This document shows, piece after piece, positions 15,099 to 25,590 of a DNA stretch of 64,000 nucleotides. The position numbers and the translations under genes were made by a program. Source of the stretch: a virus (Duplodnaviria > Caudoviricetes); the IMG/VR virus record IMGVR_UViG_3300008116_000002. One strand, 5' to 3'. The notes beneath the pieces are model-generated. The model ran no database searches. It was not told the DNA's origin and saw nothing but the letters and a program-made list of their open reading frames with translations. The stretch's first letter is position 1. Every line of letters starts with the position of its first letter.

Positions 15099-18002
15099 AT
15101 GGCAGATCTAAAATTATCTGATTTACTTGCCGCGACCGCTATATCTGAAGATACCTTCATTTATGGTATTCAAAACGGCATAAGTAAAAAGATTGGTTCA
15201 AATGTTTTATTCCAAAATCTAACCGACCCTATTCTTAAAGGTAGGGTCGTTTTAGATGGTGTGCAATTAATTAAGGGAACCGATACTAATCAAACTATTA
15301 GTGTAACTAAATCAAGAACTGAATTTAGTACAGGTTCTCTTGTGATGTACCCTAGTCTGCCAGAACCTTCTATTGATGGCGTTATTAAAATTCTAACCTT
15401 GGCAAATACGCAAGGTGGCAGAGTTGAAATAACTACAGCAAATTCTAGAATATTTCCTAATGTCTCAATTACTATGGATAAGCGTGGCGAGAGCCTTATG
15501 CTTATCTATAGTAGTAATTCTTATTCTAATGGCTGGGTTATCTTAGGAACAACACCTGGTCTGAAAACAAGTTTAGAATTACCTGAAGCAAATATTAGTG
15601 ATCAAAGAATTCGTAGAGCTATTAGTGCGGGCAACGAAACTATAATTTATGATGAAGCTAACGGTAAAATTCGCATAGGCGATCTTTCTAATACTGTAGC
15701 GCAAATTAGTTTAGCCAATGTAACAACTGACGATTTACGTGAAGGTAACATCAACTTATACTTCACAAATAATAGAGCAGTAACTGCTCTAATTCCGGAT
15801 TTAAATCAACTTAGAAAACCTAACGCAAATGTAATATACGTTTCAGTAAATGGTGATGACCGTTTAGACGGTTTAACAATGCCGAATGCTATTGCAAATA
15901 TTCATGTTGCATTAAGTAGAGTTAACGCATATTGGACTGTTAAAGTTTTCCCAGGCGTTTATACGTTATATGGAAATCCTGTTACTATTCCAAGAAAAGT
16001 TTCTTTGATCGGTAATGATTTAAGAACTTGTGATATCTATCCTGAGAATCAAACCGAAGACATGTTCTATATGAACAACGGAGCATATGTCAATGGGTTT
16101 ACATTCAGAGGGCATAGAGCAGCAAATCCGAATGATATTAAAAACGGATCTGCAGTATTCTCCTACAATCCCGATGGGTCTGCAGGAAATATTACAACCA
16201 GTCCATATATTCAGAATTGTTCGTCTATTACCACTACCGGCACTGGCGTAAGAGTAAATGGTAATTACGTGGGCGGACTACGTTCAATGGTTCTTGATGC
16301 CTATACGCAGTTTAATCAGGGTGGCATAGGTGTACACCTGTTGAACAAGGGATATATGCAGTTAGTATCTCTATTCACAATTTGCTGCGAATATTCCGTT
16401 CTTGCAGAACATGGTGGTTTTGGTTCCATTACTAACTCTAATAGCTCATTTGGTAATTTTGGTTTAGTTGCAGATGGTGCAAGTGAAACTTTATATTCTG
16501 CAAAAATAATTAGGCAAATTTCAAGTAGAGCAGTTGAAATAGAAACAACAGTTAAGCCAAATATTCAAGATAGATTATTAATGGCTAACTATAATCAAGA
16601 AAAATGTTTTAGAGACACTGGTCTAATTGTAGATTCCTTAGCGTTAGATTTAGCATATCAATCAAATACTCAGTCAAGATTCGCAGGATTACAGTACTGG
16701 GCACAGAGCGTATCTAAAGTATTAGATCAAAAAAATGAAGTTTCATCTACACTTAGATATCTAAAGACCTTAGCTACGAACGTAGTAATTAACAGTACTA
16801 ACTGGGATAATGCTGCCAATGTACCTTTTCAGGGAACAAATACACAAGTTATTTTGGGCGCCGCTCCCGGCGATGGCAACACTTCTAATTTGGTTGCAGG
16901 TGCGTTTGATTTATTTTTAGATGTTTATGAAAATGGTTTATTTGGCGTTACTGACAGGATAATACCTAATTCATATCCCGCAAATTCAAATCCAGTCATT
17001 CAAAATACTGCAAATTTACTTATTGCAAATAAGAACTTCATGCAGTCTGAAGCGCAGGCATTTTTGACAACAAATTTTCCATACGCGACATATATTCCCG
17101 GAACAAGTATGTTCCTAGATGCGGGTAAACTTATAGATGCTATAACTTTTGATGTTTTACATGGCGGTAATAGACAAACTATTACCAGGGCAATATTATA
17201 TTATGATTATATACAGGATTCAACCGCAGTTAGAAATCAAAGGGTTCAAACCAGCGGAGCTTTCTCCTTTATTAAAACCTTTATAGACGATATTCTAACT
17301 CTAACGCCTATTGCAAATACTTATCAAACTACTTATACTCAAAATACTACTATAGGTAATGCAGTAACCAGTAGCGAAGTTTTATATGTAAGAAATAGGA
17401 TTGATGACATAACAAATATTATTGATAACGGTCCTGATTATGAAAATGTTCAATATAATATTGAACCGATCTCGCTTACCGCAAATACTAACCCCAATGT
17501 AGTTCTCGCCACTCAGATTATTCTGGCAAACAGAGATTTTATTAGAGCAGAAGTACTTGAGTATGTAAATCAAAATTGGAAAGATTTAAGTAATGGTACA
17601 AGAAACTTCTATACAGTAAACGAATCAACTGACGTATCTTCTAACCTTTGCATTGTTACTTTTGATGAGAAAATTCTTGCCGTAGATAGACCTTTGGCAA
17701 ATAATAGAATTAGTTTTTATCAGGGAAGTTACATATCAGGTTCTAGTCATACTTTTGAATATGTAGGTGCGGGAACTCAATTATTGCCTGCCTTACCAAT
17801 GAATGGCGGCATACCTGTACAAGACCATGAAGTTGTTGAAACTCGTGGAGGTTCAGTATACTATACAAGTACAGACCATAAGGGTGATTTTAGAATTGGT
17901 AACGAACTACTAATTAATAGAGCAACTGGTACGATCAACGGTAGAACATTTAATAAGAGCTTGTTCGCGGTTATGACCCCGTACATTTTGGCATTACAAT
18001 AA
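15099..18002 (+). CDS. large tail/virion structural protein with beta-helix-like region
   Basis: 967 aa; YVSVNGDD, SPYIQNCSSI, C-terminal STDHKGDFRIG...MTPYILAL; paralog of 25591. Confidence 0.65.
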   Translation: MADLKLSDLLAATAISEDTFIYGIQNGISKKIGSNVLFQNLTDPILKGRVVLDGVQLIKGTDTNQTISVTKSRTEFSTGSLVMYPSLPEPSIDGVIKILTLANTQGGRVEITTANSRIFPNVSITMDKRGESLMLIYSSNSYSNGWVILGTTPGLKTSLELPEANISDQRIRRAISAGNETIIYDEANGKIRIGDLSNTVAQISLANVTTDDLREGNINLYFTNNRAVTALIPDLNQLRKPNANVIYVSVNGDDRLDGLTMPNAIANIHVALSRVNAYWTVKVFPGVYTLYGNPVTIPRKVSLIGNDLRTCDIYPENQTEDMFYMNNGAYVNGFTFRGHRAANPNDIKNGSAVFSYNPDGSAGNITTSPYIQNCSSITTTGTGVRVNGNYVGGLRSMVLDAYTQFNQGGIGVHLLNKGYMQLVSLFTICCEYSVLAEHGGFGSITNSNSSFGNFGLVADGASETLYSAKIIRQISSRAVEIETTVKPNIQDRLLMANYNQEKCFRDTGLIVDSLALDLAYQSNTQSRFAGLQYWAQSVSKVLDQKNEVSSTLRYLKTLATNVVINSTNWDNAANVPFQGTNTQVILGAAPGDGNTSNLVAGAFDLFLDVYENGLFGVTDRIIPNSYPANSNPVIQNTANLLIANKNFMQSEAQAFLTTNFPYATYIPGTSMFLDAGKLIDAITFDVLHGGNRQTITRAILYYDYIQDSTAVRNQRVQTSGAFSFIKTFIDDILTLTPIANTYQTTYTQNTTIGNAVTSSEVLYVRNRIDDITNIIDNGPDYENVQYNIEPISLTANTNPNVVLATQIILANRDFIRAEVLEYVNQNWKDLSNGTRNFYTVNESTDVSSNLCIVTFDEKILAVDRPLANNRISFYQGSYISGSSHTFEYVGAGTQLLPALPMNGGIPVQDHEVVETRGGSVYYTSTDHKGDFRIGNELLINRATGTINGRTFNKSLFAVMTPYILALQ

Positions 18003-18012
18003 AGGATTAAAA

Positions 18013-18375
18013 ATGGCAACGTTAGTTCCCTTAAATACTTTTAAAACAATTGCGGCAAATATTACTACGAATCAAACATTACTCTATACTACTCCTGAAG
18101 AAGTCGCAACAATTATTCTTACAGCTCAGGTAAGTAATACGGGAAGCGCCGACGCTAATGTTACATTTATTCATAGATCCAATGTATTAGTAGGTGGCAC
18201 TAGAGTAATTACTGATACAGAATTGGTTAAAGATTTTGACATCCCTACAAAAGATGCATCATCAGTTATTGTAGGTAAAATTGTTTTAGAAGAAAATCAG
18301 GCAGTTCTGGTTAGAGGTAGCGCAAATGCTACTCTAAAAATTCTTTTAAGCTTGTTAGAAACTTCATTAGTATAA
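18013..18375 (+). CDS. small beta-rich structural protein
   Basis: LLYTTP...IILTAQVSN...KIVLEENQ; paralog of 29743 and 61657. Confidence 0.6.
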   Translation: MATLVPLNTFKTIAANITTNQTLLYTTPEEVATIILTAQVSNTGSADANVTFIHRSNVLVGGTRVITDTELVKDFDIPTKDASSVIVGKIVLEENQAVLVRGSANATLKILLSLLETSLV

Positions 18376-18379
18376 AAAA

Positions 18380-20149
18380 ATGTCCTTAAAAAGTCTAAGC
18401 GGAAGAGTAAGGGTAAAAAACCCGGCAAGTGCGGATCCGGCACGATATAGCTATTTAAACGTAGAAAATGCGGAACCTAATTTAGGGTTACCGGATGCAG
18501 ATGGCTACATTTTAAAGGGTGATGTAAACGGAAGACGATATTGGACTGCAGGTGCTGCCAACGTAAGACCTTCTCTTAGATATGACTACATTGCAAGCGA
18601 AGGGCAAAATGTTTTTAGTAATACTACCGTAAGTTTAACAGGTAGATCTTTATTCTTTGCAAATACAGATGTAGTTTTAGTTCATATCAACGGGGTATTA
18701 CTTTCTCCAACTGGTAATGTTCTTTTAGGTGCAGAACAGATACCTGACTACACCTTGGGCGATAGTTCTATAACATTGTCCGAAGCTGCATCCGCAGGCG
18801 ATATTGTTACAATTATGCCTGTTCTTGGTGGGTCTAGTGGAGATCGAGGACCAGCTGGACCAACAGGCCCGCAGGGTGCTACGGGTGCAACTCTTTTAGT
18901 TGGTGGACCTACAGGTGCAACCGGAGTTCGAGGAGCAACAGGTGCCACTGGTGCAACAGGACCTACGGGACCGCAAGGCTCTACAGGATTAGGTGCCACA
19001 GGCGCAACAGGGCCAACCGGTCCGACGGGACCTACGGGGCCTACAGGCCCCGCAGCAGCGACAGGTGCAGAAGGTTCGACCGGAGCCACAGGCCCAACCG
19101 GTGCTACGGGAATTGGTGCAACAGGTCCAACAGGTGCCACGGGTGCGACAGGTCCTAGCGGCCCATCGGGATTTATAGGACCATCTGGGCCTTCGGGTCC
19201 TACAGGATCTACAGGTTCGACCGGAGCCACCGGACCTACGGGACCAACAGGGCCTTCGGGACCAACAGGACCATCTGGACCCACTGGCCCATCGGGATTT
19301 ATCGGACCTACCGGACCAAGCGGACCTACCGGACCTAGTGGGCCGACGGGACCAACAGGGCCTTCGGGACCAACCGGACCAAGCGGACCTACGGGAGTCT
19401 CGGGGCCTAGTGGCCCTTCAGGGCCTTCCGGACCTAGTGGAGCAAGAGGACTTCAAGGACTTCAAGGAATACAAGGAATACAAGGATTGCAAGGAAATCC
19501 TGGCTCCCAAGGTATTCAAGGGCCAACAGGACCTACTGGGCCCACTGGGCTTACTCCCGCAATAGGCGGATCGACTACGCATATACAGTACAATAACAAC
19601 GGATCCCTATCCGGAGATTCAAACTTAACATGGACGGCTAGCGGATCAGGTAGAAATTTAATAGTTGGTGGATCAGATGGCACAGCAAATCATGGAATAG
19701 TTTCTAGATTCTTTAATTTCAATTCTTCCGGCACGACGATATATTATAACGTCGCATCGACTTGGATTTCTTTTGATATTGCAAGTGGGCAAAAATTCCG
19801 AATCGCAAACAACGGAGACGTAACTGCGGCGGGTGACGTTATTGCGTATGGTGTATCTGATATTAGACTAAAGAATAATATTAAGGTTATAGACAAGGCG
19901 TTAAATAAAGTATTACAGCTAGAAGGTATAACTTATAATTGGAACAATATTGCTGCTGAAAAAATAGAAAAATCTACAACAGAAAGAGAATCTGGTATTA
20001 TTGCACAACAAGTTAAAGAAGTTTTGCCTGAGGCTGTTTCTGAAAGAGCAGATGGTTATTTAGGAGTACGTTACGAAAAACTAATACCTCTTTTAGTTCA
20101 AGCAATTAAGGAGTTGAAGGAAGAAGTAGAAGAACTTAAAAATCGTTAA
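18380..20149 (+). CDS. collagen-like tail fibre with C-terminal intramolecular chaperone (peptidase S74)
   Basis: Long Gly-X-Y tract; SDIRLKNNI...GIIAQQV...[16 protein letters not shown]. Confidence 0.85.
   Translation: MSLKSLSGRVRVKNPASADPARYSYLNVENAEPNLGLPDADGYILKGDVNGRRYWTAGAANVRPSLRYDYIASEGQNVFSNTTVSLTGRSLFFANTDVVLVHINGVLLSPTGNVLLGAEQIPDYTLGDSSITLSEAASAGDIVTIMPVLGGSSGDRGPAGPTGPQGATGATLLVGGPTGATGVRGATGATGATGPTGPQGSTGLGATGATGPTGPTGPTGPTGPAAATGAEGSTGATGPTGATGIGATGPTGATGATGPSGPSGFIGPSGPSGPTGSTGSTGATGPTGPTGPSGPTGPSGPTGPSGFIGPTGPSGPTGPSGPTGPTGPSGPTGPSGPTGVSGPSGPSGPSGPSGARGLQGLQGIQGIQGLQGNPGSQGIQGPTGPTGPTGLTPAIGGSTTHIQYNNNGSLSGDSNLTWTASGSGRNLIVGGSDGTANHGIVSRFFNFNSSGTTIYYNVASTWISFDIASGQKFRIANNGDVTAAGDVIAYGVSDIRLKNNIKVIDKALNKVLQLEGITYNWNNIAAEKIEKSTTERESGIIAQQVKEVLPEAVSERADGYLGVRYEKLIPLLVQAIKELKEEVEELKNR
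18839..19556 (+). repeat. collagen Gly-X-Y repeat (GPT/GAT/GPS-rich, ending in GIQ/GLQ)
   Basis: Translated triplets visible directly. Confidence 0.95.
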
Positions 20150-20167
20150 TTTTATTGAAAGTATATT

Positions 20168-21853
20168 ATGAGATTTCATATTTTGGGAATACCTCATACG
20201 GTAACATCTAAAGAATATAATGCCTGCGCATATACGCAAAAGGTTGTTAAATTTGGTAAGATGATGACACAGAGAGGGCATACTGTTATTCATTATGGGC
20301 ATGAAGATTCTGATCTTATTTGTTCTGAACACGTTAGTGTAATTACAAACAAAGATTTAGAAATTGCATATGGTAATTATGATTGGAGAAAAAACTTTTT
20401 TAAGTTTGACGTAAATGATCATGCTTATCAAACATTCTACAAAAATGCAATTGCTGAAGTAGGTAAAAGAAAGCAAAAGAATGATTTTATTTTACCTTTT
20501 TGGGGGCATGGTGTAAGACCTATTTGCGACGCTCATCAGCATGATATGATTGTAGTTGAGCCAGGTATAGGATACGCCGGCGGACATTGGGCAAGATGGA
20601 AAGTATTTGAATCCTATTCTATAATGCACGCATTTTATGGAATGCAGGGAGTCGGGCATTGTCAGTCTGATTGGTATGATGTAGTTATACCAAATTACTT
20701 TGACGAAGAAGATTTTATTTATTCTGAGGAAAAAGAAGATTATATTTTGTTTTTGAGCAGGGTGTACGAAGGCAAGGGTATTCATATTGCAGTACAAGCA
20801 GCACAAGCAGCGGGAGTTAAGTTAATTGTTGCAGGTCAAAATCCAGACAATCTTCAATTCCCTGATAATGTTACTTACGTTGGTTATGCAGATGTAGAAA
20901 CAAGAAAAAGATTGATGGCAAAAGCCAAAGGATTAATTGTAGCATCGTTGTATATGGAACCATTTGGTGGTGTGCAAATAGAAAGTTTATTATCCGGAAC
21001 ACCGACTATTACTACAGATTGGGGCGCATTTACAGAAAATAATATACAAGGTGTTACTGGATATAGATGCAGAACATTTGCAGATTTTGTAAACGCAATG
21101 AAAAATGTGGACAAAATCAAATCATCGGATTGTAGAAAACAAGGGGAAAGATTTTTACTTCAGAATGTTGCCCCAATGTATGAGAAGTATTTTCAAGATG
21201 TGCTAAATGTATATACCGGAAAAGGCTGGTATGAAATTAAAAAGAAAAAGGAACCAAAAAAAATTTTTATAGACTGCGGAACACATATGTTCCAAGGATT
21301 TGAGAAACACAGATTAAATTTAAACATAGATAATAAATGGGTAATACATGGGTTTGAAGCTAATCCATATGTTTACGAAGCAGCAAAAGATTTAAGAAAA
21401 AATTACATATCTGAAGGTTTAAATTTTAATCATCATAATCTAGCGGTAGGAACTAAAACTAAATCATCCACAGTTAATTGTGCTTGGGCAGGATATTTGG
21501 GAGGGTTTTTGCACGTTGGATCCAACACGTTAAAAAATCCTCCAGCAGTTGATACAGTTTTTGGTGAGAATTTTGATTATGTGGAAAAAAGAATACATGA
21601 AATTAATTTTTCAGACTTTGTTAAAAACATATGTGATGACGAAGATTATTCAATTTTAAAAATGGATATTGAGGGTTCGGAATTTGAGGTTTTGGATCAT
21701 ATGATATTAACGGGCGCTATTAAATTATTCAAAGAGGTTTATATAGAATTTCATCAAAGATTTTTTGATAATCCCTCTTTTTATGAACAAAAAATTCTAA
21801 AGTATAAAGAATTTTTTAAAGAAAATAATATAATTCTAAGGGAAGATGGATAA
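20168..21853 (+). CDS. GT4-type glycosyltransferase fused to FkbM-family methyltransferase
   Basis: N-part: LFLSRVYEGKG, YMEPFGGVQIESLLSGTP; C-part: FIDCGTH, GFEANP, LKMDIEGSEF. Confidence 0.85.
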   Translation: MRFHILGIPHTVTSKEYNACAYTQKVVKFGKMMTQRGHTVIHYGHEDSDLICSEHVSVITNKDLEIAYGNYDWRKNFFKFDVNDHAYQTFYKNAIAEVGKRKQKNDFILPFWGHGVRPICDAHQHDMIVVEPGIGYAGGHWARWKVFESYSIMHAFYGMQGVGHCQSDWYDVVIPNYFDEEDFIYSEEKEDYILFLSRVYEGKGIHIAVQAAQAAGVKLIVAGQNPDNLQFPDNVTYVGYADVETRKRLMAKAKGLIVASLYMEPFGGVQIESLLSGTPTITTDWGAFTENNIQGVTGYRCRTFADFVNAMKNVDKIKSSDCRKQGERFLLQNVAPMYEKYFQDVLNVYTGKGWYEIKKKKEPKKIFIDCGTHMFQGFEKHRLNLNIDNKWVIHGFEANPYVYEAAKDLRKNYISEGLNFNHHNLAVGTKTKSSTVNCAWAGYLGGFLHVGSNTLKNPPAVDTVFGENFDYVEKRIHEINFSDFVKNICDDEDYSILKMDIEGSEFEVLDHMILTGAIKLFKEVYIEFHQRFFDNPSFYEQKILKYKEFFKENNIILREDG

Positions 21854-21940
21854 CAATTGAGATATAATTTTGGCGAGTAACCTATAGTAATTGAATTCTT
21901 TTTTTCATGAAATGCTATCTACTATCCAATTTTGGATTAA

Positions 21941-21948
21941 TATAAATA
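21941..21948 (+). promoter_or_regulatory. T4-type late promoter (TATAAATA)
   Basis: Exact motif followed by ATAGAG, as at 53597. Confidence 0.75.
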
Positions 21949-21972
21949 ATAGAGAAAAGTCTTGGAAAAAGA

Positions 21973-24900
21973 ATGACAAGAGCACGAGTATTTTCAAAAG
22001 GTTTGGGTGGCGGAGGCGGAGCAAATGCTAATATAAATTTAGCAGATGTCCTACCTCTTCTTACTACTGCTAATGTAATTGAGATTTTCCCAAATGTTTA
22101 CTACAGTAATGCTAGAGTATTTGCAAATATTAATCTTGCAAGTCTAGATGATCTGTTTGATGTAGGAAATACTACTGGTAAGGTCGCAGGACAAGGGCTA
22201 GTTTGGAATGGAAATGTTTGGACATTTGGTAACATTTCTGCAAATTTAAGTCTATTTACTACTGACGATTTACCTCAGGGCAATACCAATTTTTACTTCT
22301 CTAATGCTCTGGCTAGACGAGCATTTACTGCAGGAACCCCTTCAATTGTAATCGACTGGAATCTAGGTACCATTTCGGCTAACCTAGAAGCAGTTGCTGC
22401 GTCTGCAAATACAACTGATACATTACCAGAAGGCGCTGTTAATCTTTACTATAGAGACTCGAGAGCGCACGCTAATTTAAAATTAGCTAGACTTTCTGAT
22501 TTAAGTGATGTATATACAAAAGGTGATATCCTACCAACAGGTCATCCTGGGGCAGGAACTCCCTTAACTCAAGTAAATACCGGATATACTTTAGTTTGGC
22601 ATGAAGAATCTAATTCATGGATTGCCGGCAGAGTAGTATCTGAAGAATCAAATGTTGCTAATTCTGCAATAGAAGCCAATACTGTATTAAGTCTTGGTAA
22701 TCTTACAACAAATGATTTAGCTGAAGGCAATGTAAATTTCTATTTTACCAATGCTCGTGTTTTAGCCAATGTAGAAAGAATGAGTATCAACGTATTGGCA
22801 GATGTCAATACTTCAGATAGTCAAGAAGGTTACATACTTACTTACATTGGATCTACTTGGGTTGCAAGATCTCTAGGTAATATCTCAAATATTGATATTG
22901 TAGTATCCACAAACTTCGCAAACACCGCAGGGTTAGCTAATGTTGCTCTAATAGCCAATACTGCAAATTTAGCTTTAGTAGCTAGTGTTGCAAACTTAGC
23001 CCTTAATACCCAATTAGCTAATTCTGCGACCTTCGCATTTACTGCAAACGTTGCGAACCTTGCGTTAGTAGCATTGACTGCTTTAACAACAAATGCGGCA
23101 ACACAGGTTCAGAATTTAAATAATTTTACTACTGCTAATTTAGCAGAAGGTGTAAATCTTTACTATACAAATGCAAGAGTTCTATCTAATGTAGAACAAA
23201 TGAGTATTAATGTATTGGCAGATGTCAATACAACAAATGTTTCCGTTGGTACAGGCATTGGCTATGTTTTAACTTGGACAGGTTCAGAATGGGCGCCTAA
23301 TGCCTTGCCCGGTGCAAGCGATACTTCAGGTTTTGCAGAAAGATCCAATGTAGCTAACGTAGCGTTGTCCGCAGTATCTACAGAAAGAGCTAATGTAGCA
23401 AATACTGTTTTAACGCTAAGTAATTTTACAACTGCGGATTTACGCGAATCTTTTAGCAATCTTTATTACACATCTCAAAGAGTACGAGATGATATTCAAA
23501 ATGCTATTCTCAATAAAGATATTGAGATAGGCGATGCAATTGTTAATGGTAATCTTAATGTTAGGGGAAATTTAACATTACTAAATAGCGATAATGTTTT
23601 AGTTAAAGCCAGAAGAATAACTTTAGCTTCACAGGCATCTGGAGTATCCCAGGCAGAAGGCGCTGGCATCTATATTGAAGGTGCCAATGTAGCATTCGCA
23701 TATAGTCAGACAAATGATGGTTGGGGTTTAGATAAAAATCTAACCATCAATGGTAACCTATTACCTGCAGTAAATGGACAATATAACTTAGGTCAACCCG
23801 GAAAGTTATGGAGAGGCGTTTATATTGGCGCCCAAACCATCTTCTTAGGCAATACCTCTATTGGTGAAAATCCAACGGGCGGATTAATCGTTCAAGATCA
23901 GTTTGGTAATCCTGCAGGAATTGATTTATCTAATATTGTTGGTACCGAATATGTTTCGATTAACAGATTAATAGGTAATACAAACCCCGAAATAGAAAAT
24001 CAAGCCTATATCGGCGGTAATGTTAAGCAATTCACATCCGGCAAGACGGGTAATATTTACTTTGGTATTTTAAAGGATGGAACTGTTAACGAATTCGCAG
24101 GTATGCGAGTTATTGAAGCCAATATTGATGGTAATGTAAGAAGTGATGTTCTATTCTACAATGATTATGAAAATAGAAATAATTCTACAATTAGATTGGG
24201 ATTATATGGTGATGGTAATATTGGTTTAACAAGTAATCTTGTTATATTCAATAACATTAATTTAATTGATAGATTTGGTAATTTTGTAGGTAACGCATTC
24301 TTAGGTACTACAGACGTAGCAATAGAAAAAGGCGGCACCGGCGCTAACACCCGACCAAATGCAAGAAGAAATCTATTCTCAGATTTCTCGGGCGGCCTTG
24401 TAGCTAAGATTGGCGGAGCAACAAATACACTTGTAGCAACATCTATTGTTGCAGGTACAGGTGTTTATGTAACGGATGGTGATGCACAGAATGGTAGTCC
24501 AACTATTGCTATTGGTCAGAACGTACATCCTACTGCATCAGTTATATTTAGTAACGTTACTGTTAATGGACAATTAAACAGCGATGACATTACTGCGGCA
24601 GTTATTACCGCAAGAACAGATTTAATTGTTCAAGGTAATTTGACAATTCGTGGTAATATTACTACAATTAATTCTACCACAGTAGTAATTGATGATAAGA
24701 ATTTAGTACTTGCGAATAATGCGATCGATGCATCGCAAGCGGATGGTGCGGGCATTACAATTAATGGTGCCAATGCTACAATTAATTACGCAAGTGGCGG
24801 CGACAAGTTTGTAGTAAATAAAGCATTAGAAGTACAAGGCAATTTAACTTTAGGTTCGTATTCTGTTACCGCAGAACAAGTTAATGTTACTGGCGATAAA

Positions 24901-25587
24901 GTAATTCTTCTTTCATCGGTTGCAGGATCACCAACTTCCAATGCAAGCTTAGTAGTAAATAGAGGATCCAGTCCAGATGTAGATTTAAAATGGAATGAAT
25001 CTACTGATCGTTGGGAATTTACTAACGACGGCACAAACTATTTTGTTTTACCCAGACCAGAAGAATATGACAATGTAATATATGATGTTTCAATACAGAG
25101 TGGAACCACTCCTGCTCTAAGTGCTAATTTAATTCTAAATGGAAGAAAATCTGGTAATGTAATTTCTACAGATAGAATTGAAATTGTTGGTTCTGGTTTA
25201 GTAAAAGTAACAAGAACAAATGATGACAAGTTAAATATTGCAGCAGGCGTTGGTACAATTACAGTAACAAATATTGATAATGCCGGAAATTATGTTCTAG
25301 ATCAATTTCCGCTAGGAACCTATAGATCAGCAAAGTACGTTTATAGTGCTTTAACGACATCATATATTTCTGGCGGCCCACATCACGCAACAGGAGAAAT
25401 TTTAGTATTGCATGATGGTGCAAATGCGTATATTACTCAGTATGCAATGTTGACGTCTACAGACGATGATGTAATTAATTTGGACGCCGACATAAATAGT
25501 GGGAACCTAAGATTGTTAGCAACTGCAACGTCGGGTGGTCATTTGGTTACCTTAAAATTAACTGGTATAACTTATACTGAAATATAA
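21973..25587 (+). CDS. long tail-fibre-like structural protein
   Basis: 1204 aa, Asn/Ala/Thr-rich, recurring TxxLxEGxxNLY(F/Y)TNxR and IDDKNLVLAN...ADGAGITI modules. Confidence 0.65.
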   Translation: MTRARVFSKGLGGGGGANANINLADVLPLLTTANVIEIFPNVYYSNARVFANINLASLDDLFDVGNTTGKVAGQGLVWNGNVWTFGNISANLSLFTTDDLPQGNTNFYFSNALARRAFTAGTPSIVIDWNLGTISANLEAVAASANTTDTLPEGAVNLYYRDSRAHANLKLARLSDLSDVYTKGDILPTGHPGAGTPLTQVNTGYTLVWHEESNSWIAGRVVSEESNVANSAIEANTVLSLGNLTTNDLAEGNVNFYFTNARVLANVERMSINVLADVNTSDSQEGYILTYIGSTWVARSLGNISNIDIVVSTNFANTAGLANVALIANTANLALVASVANLALNTQLANSATFAFTANVANLALVALTALTTNAATQVQNLNNFTTANLAEGVNLYYTNARVLSNVEQMSINVLADVNTTNVSVGTGIGYVLTWTGSEWAPNALPGASDTSGFAERSNVANVALSAVSTERANVANTVLTLSNFTTADLRESFSNLYYTSQRVRDDIQNAILNKDIEIGDAIVNGNLNVRGNLTLLNSDNVLVKARRITLASQASGVSQAEGAGIYIEGANVAFAYSQTNDGWGLDKNLTINGNLLPAVNGQYNLGQPGKLWRGVYIGAQTIFLGNTSIGENPTGGLIVQDQFGNPAGIDLSNIVGTEYVSINRLIGNTNPEIENQAYIGGNVKQFTSGKTGNIYFGILKDGTVNEFAGMRVIEANIDGNVRSDVLFYNDYENRNNSTIRLGLYGDGNIGLTSNLVIFNNINLIDRFGNFVGNAFLGTTDVAIEKGGTGANTRPNARRNLFSDFSGGLVAKIGGATNTLVATSIVAGTGVYVTDGDAQNGSPTIAIGQNVHPTASVIFSNVTVNGQLNSDDITAAVITARTDLIVQGNLTIRGNITTINSTTVVIDDKNLVLANNAIDASQADGAGITINGANATINYASGGDKFVVNKALEVQGNLTLGSYSVTAEQVNVTGDKVILLSSVAGSPTSNASLVVNRGSSPDVDLKWNESTDRWEFTNDGTNYFVLPRPEEYDNVIYDVSIQSGTTPALSANLILNGRKSGNVISTDRIEIVGSGLVKVTRTNDDKLNIAAGVGTITVTNIDNAGNYVLDQFPLGTYRSAKYVYSALTTSYISGGPHHATGEILVLHDGANAYITQYAMLTSTDDDVINLDADINSGNLRLLATATSGGHLVTLKLTGITYTEI

Positions 25588-25590
25588 TAA

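Noticed and set aside
18748-19284. Pro/Val-rich minus-strand ORFs (also 36323-36586, 37061-37303, 37358-37747)
   Set aside because: Antisense shadows of collagen Gly-X-Y codons; no RBS or independent signal
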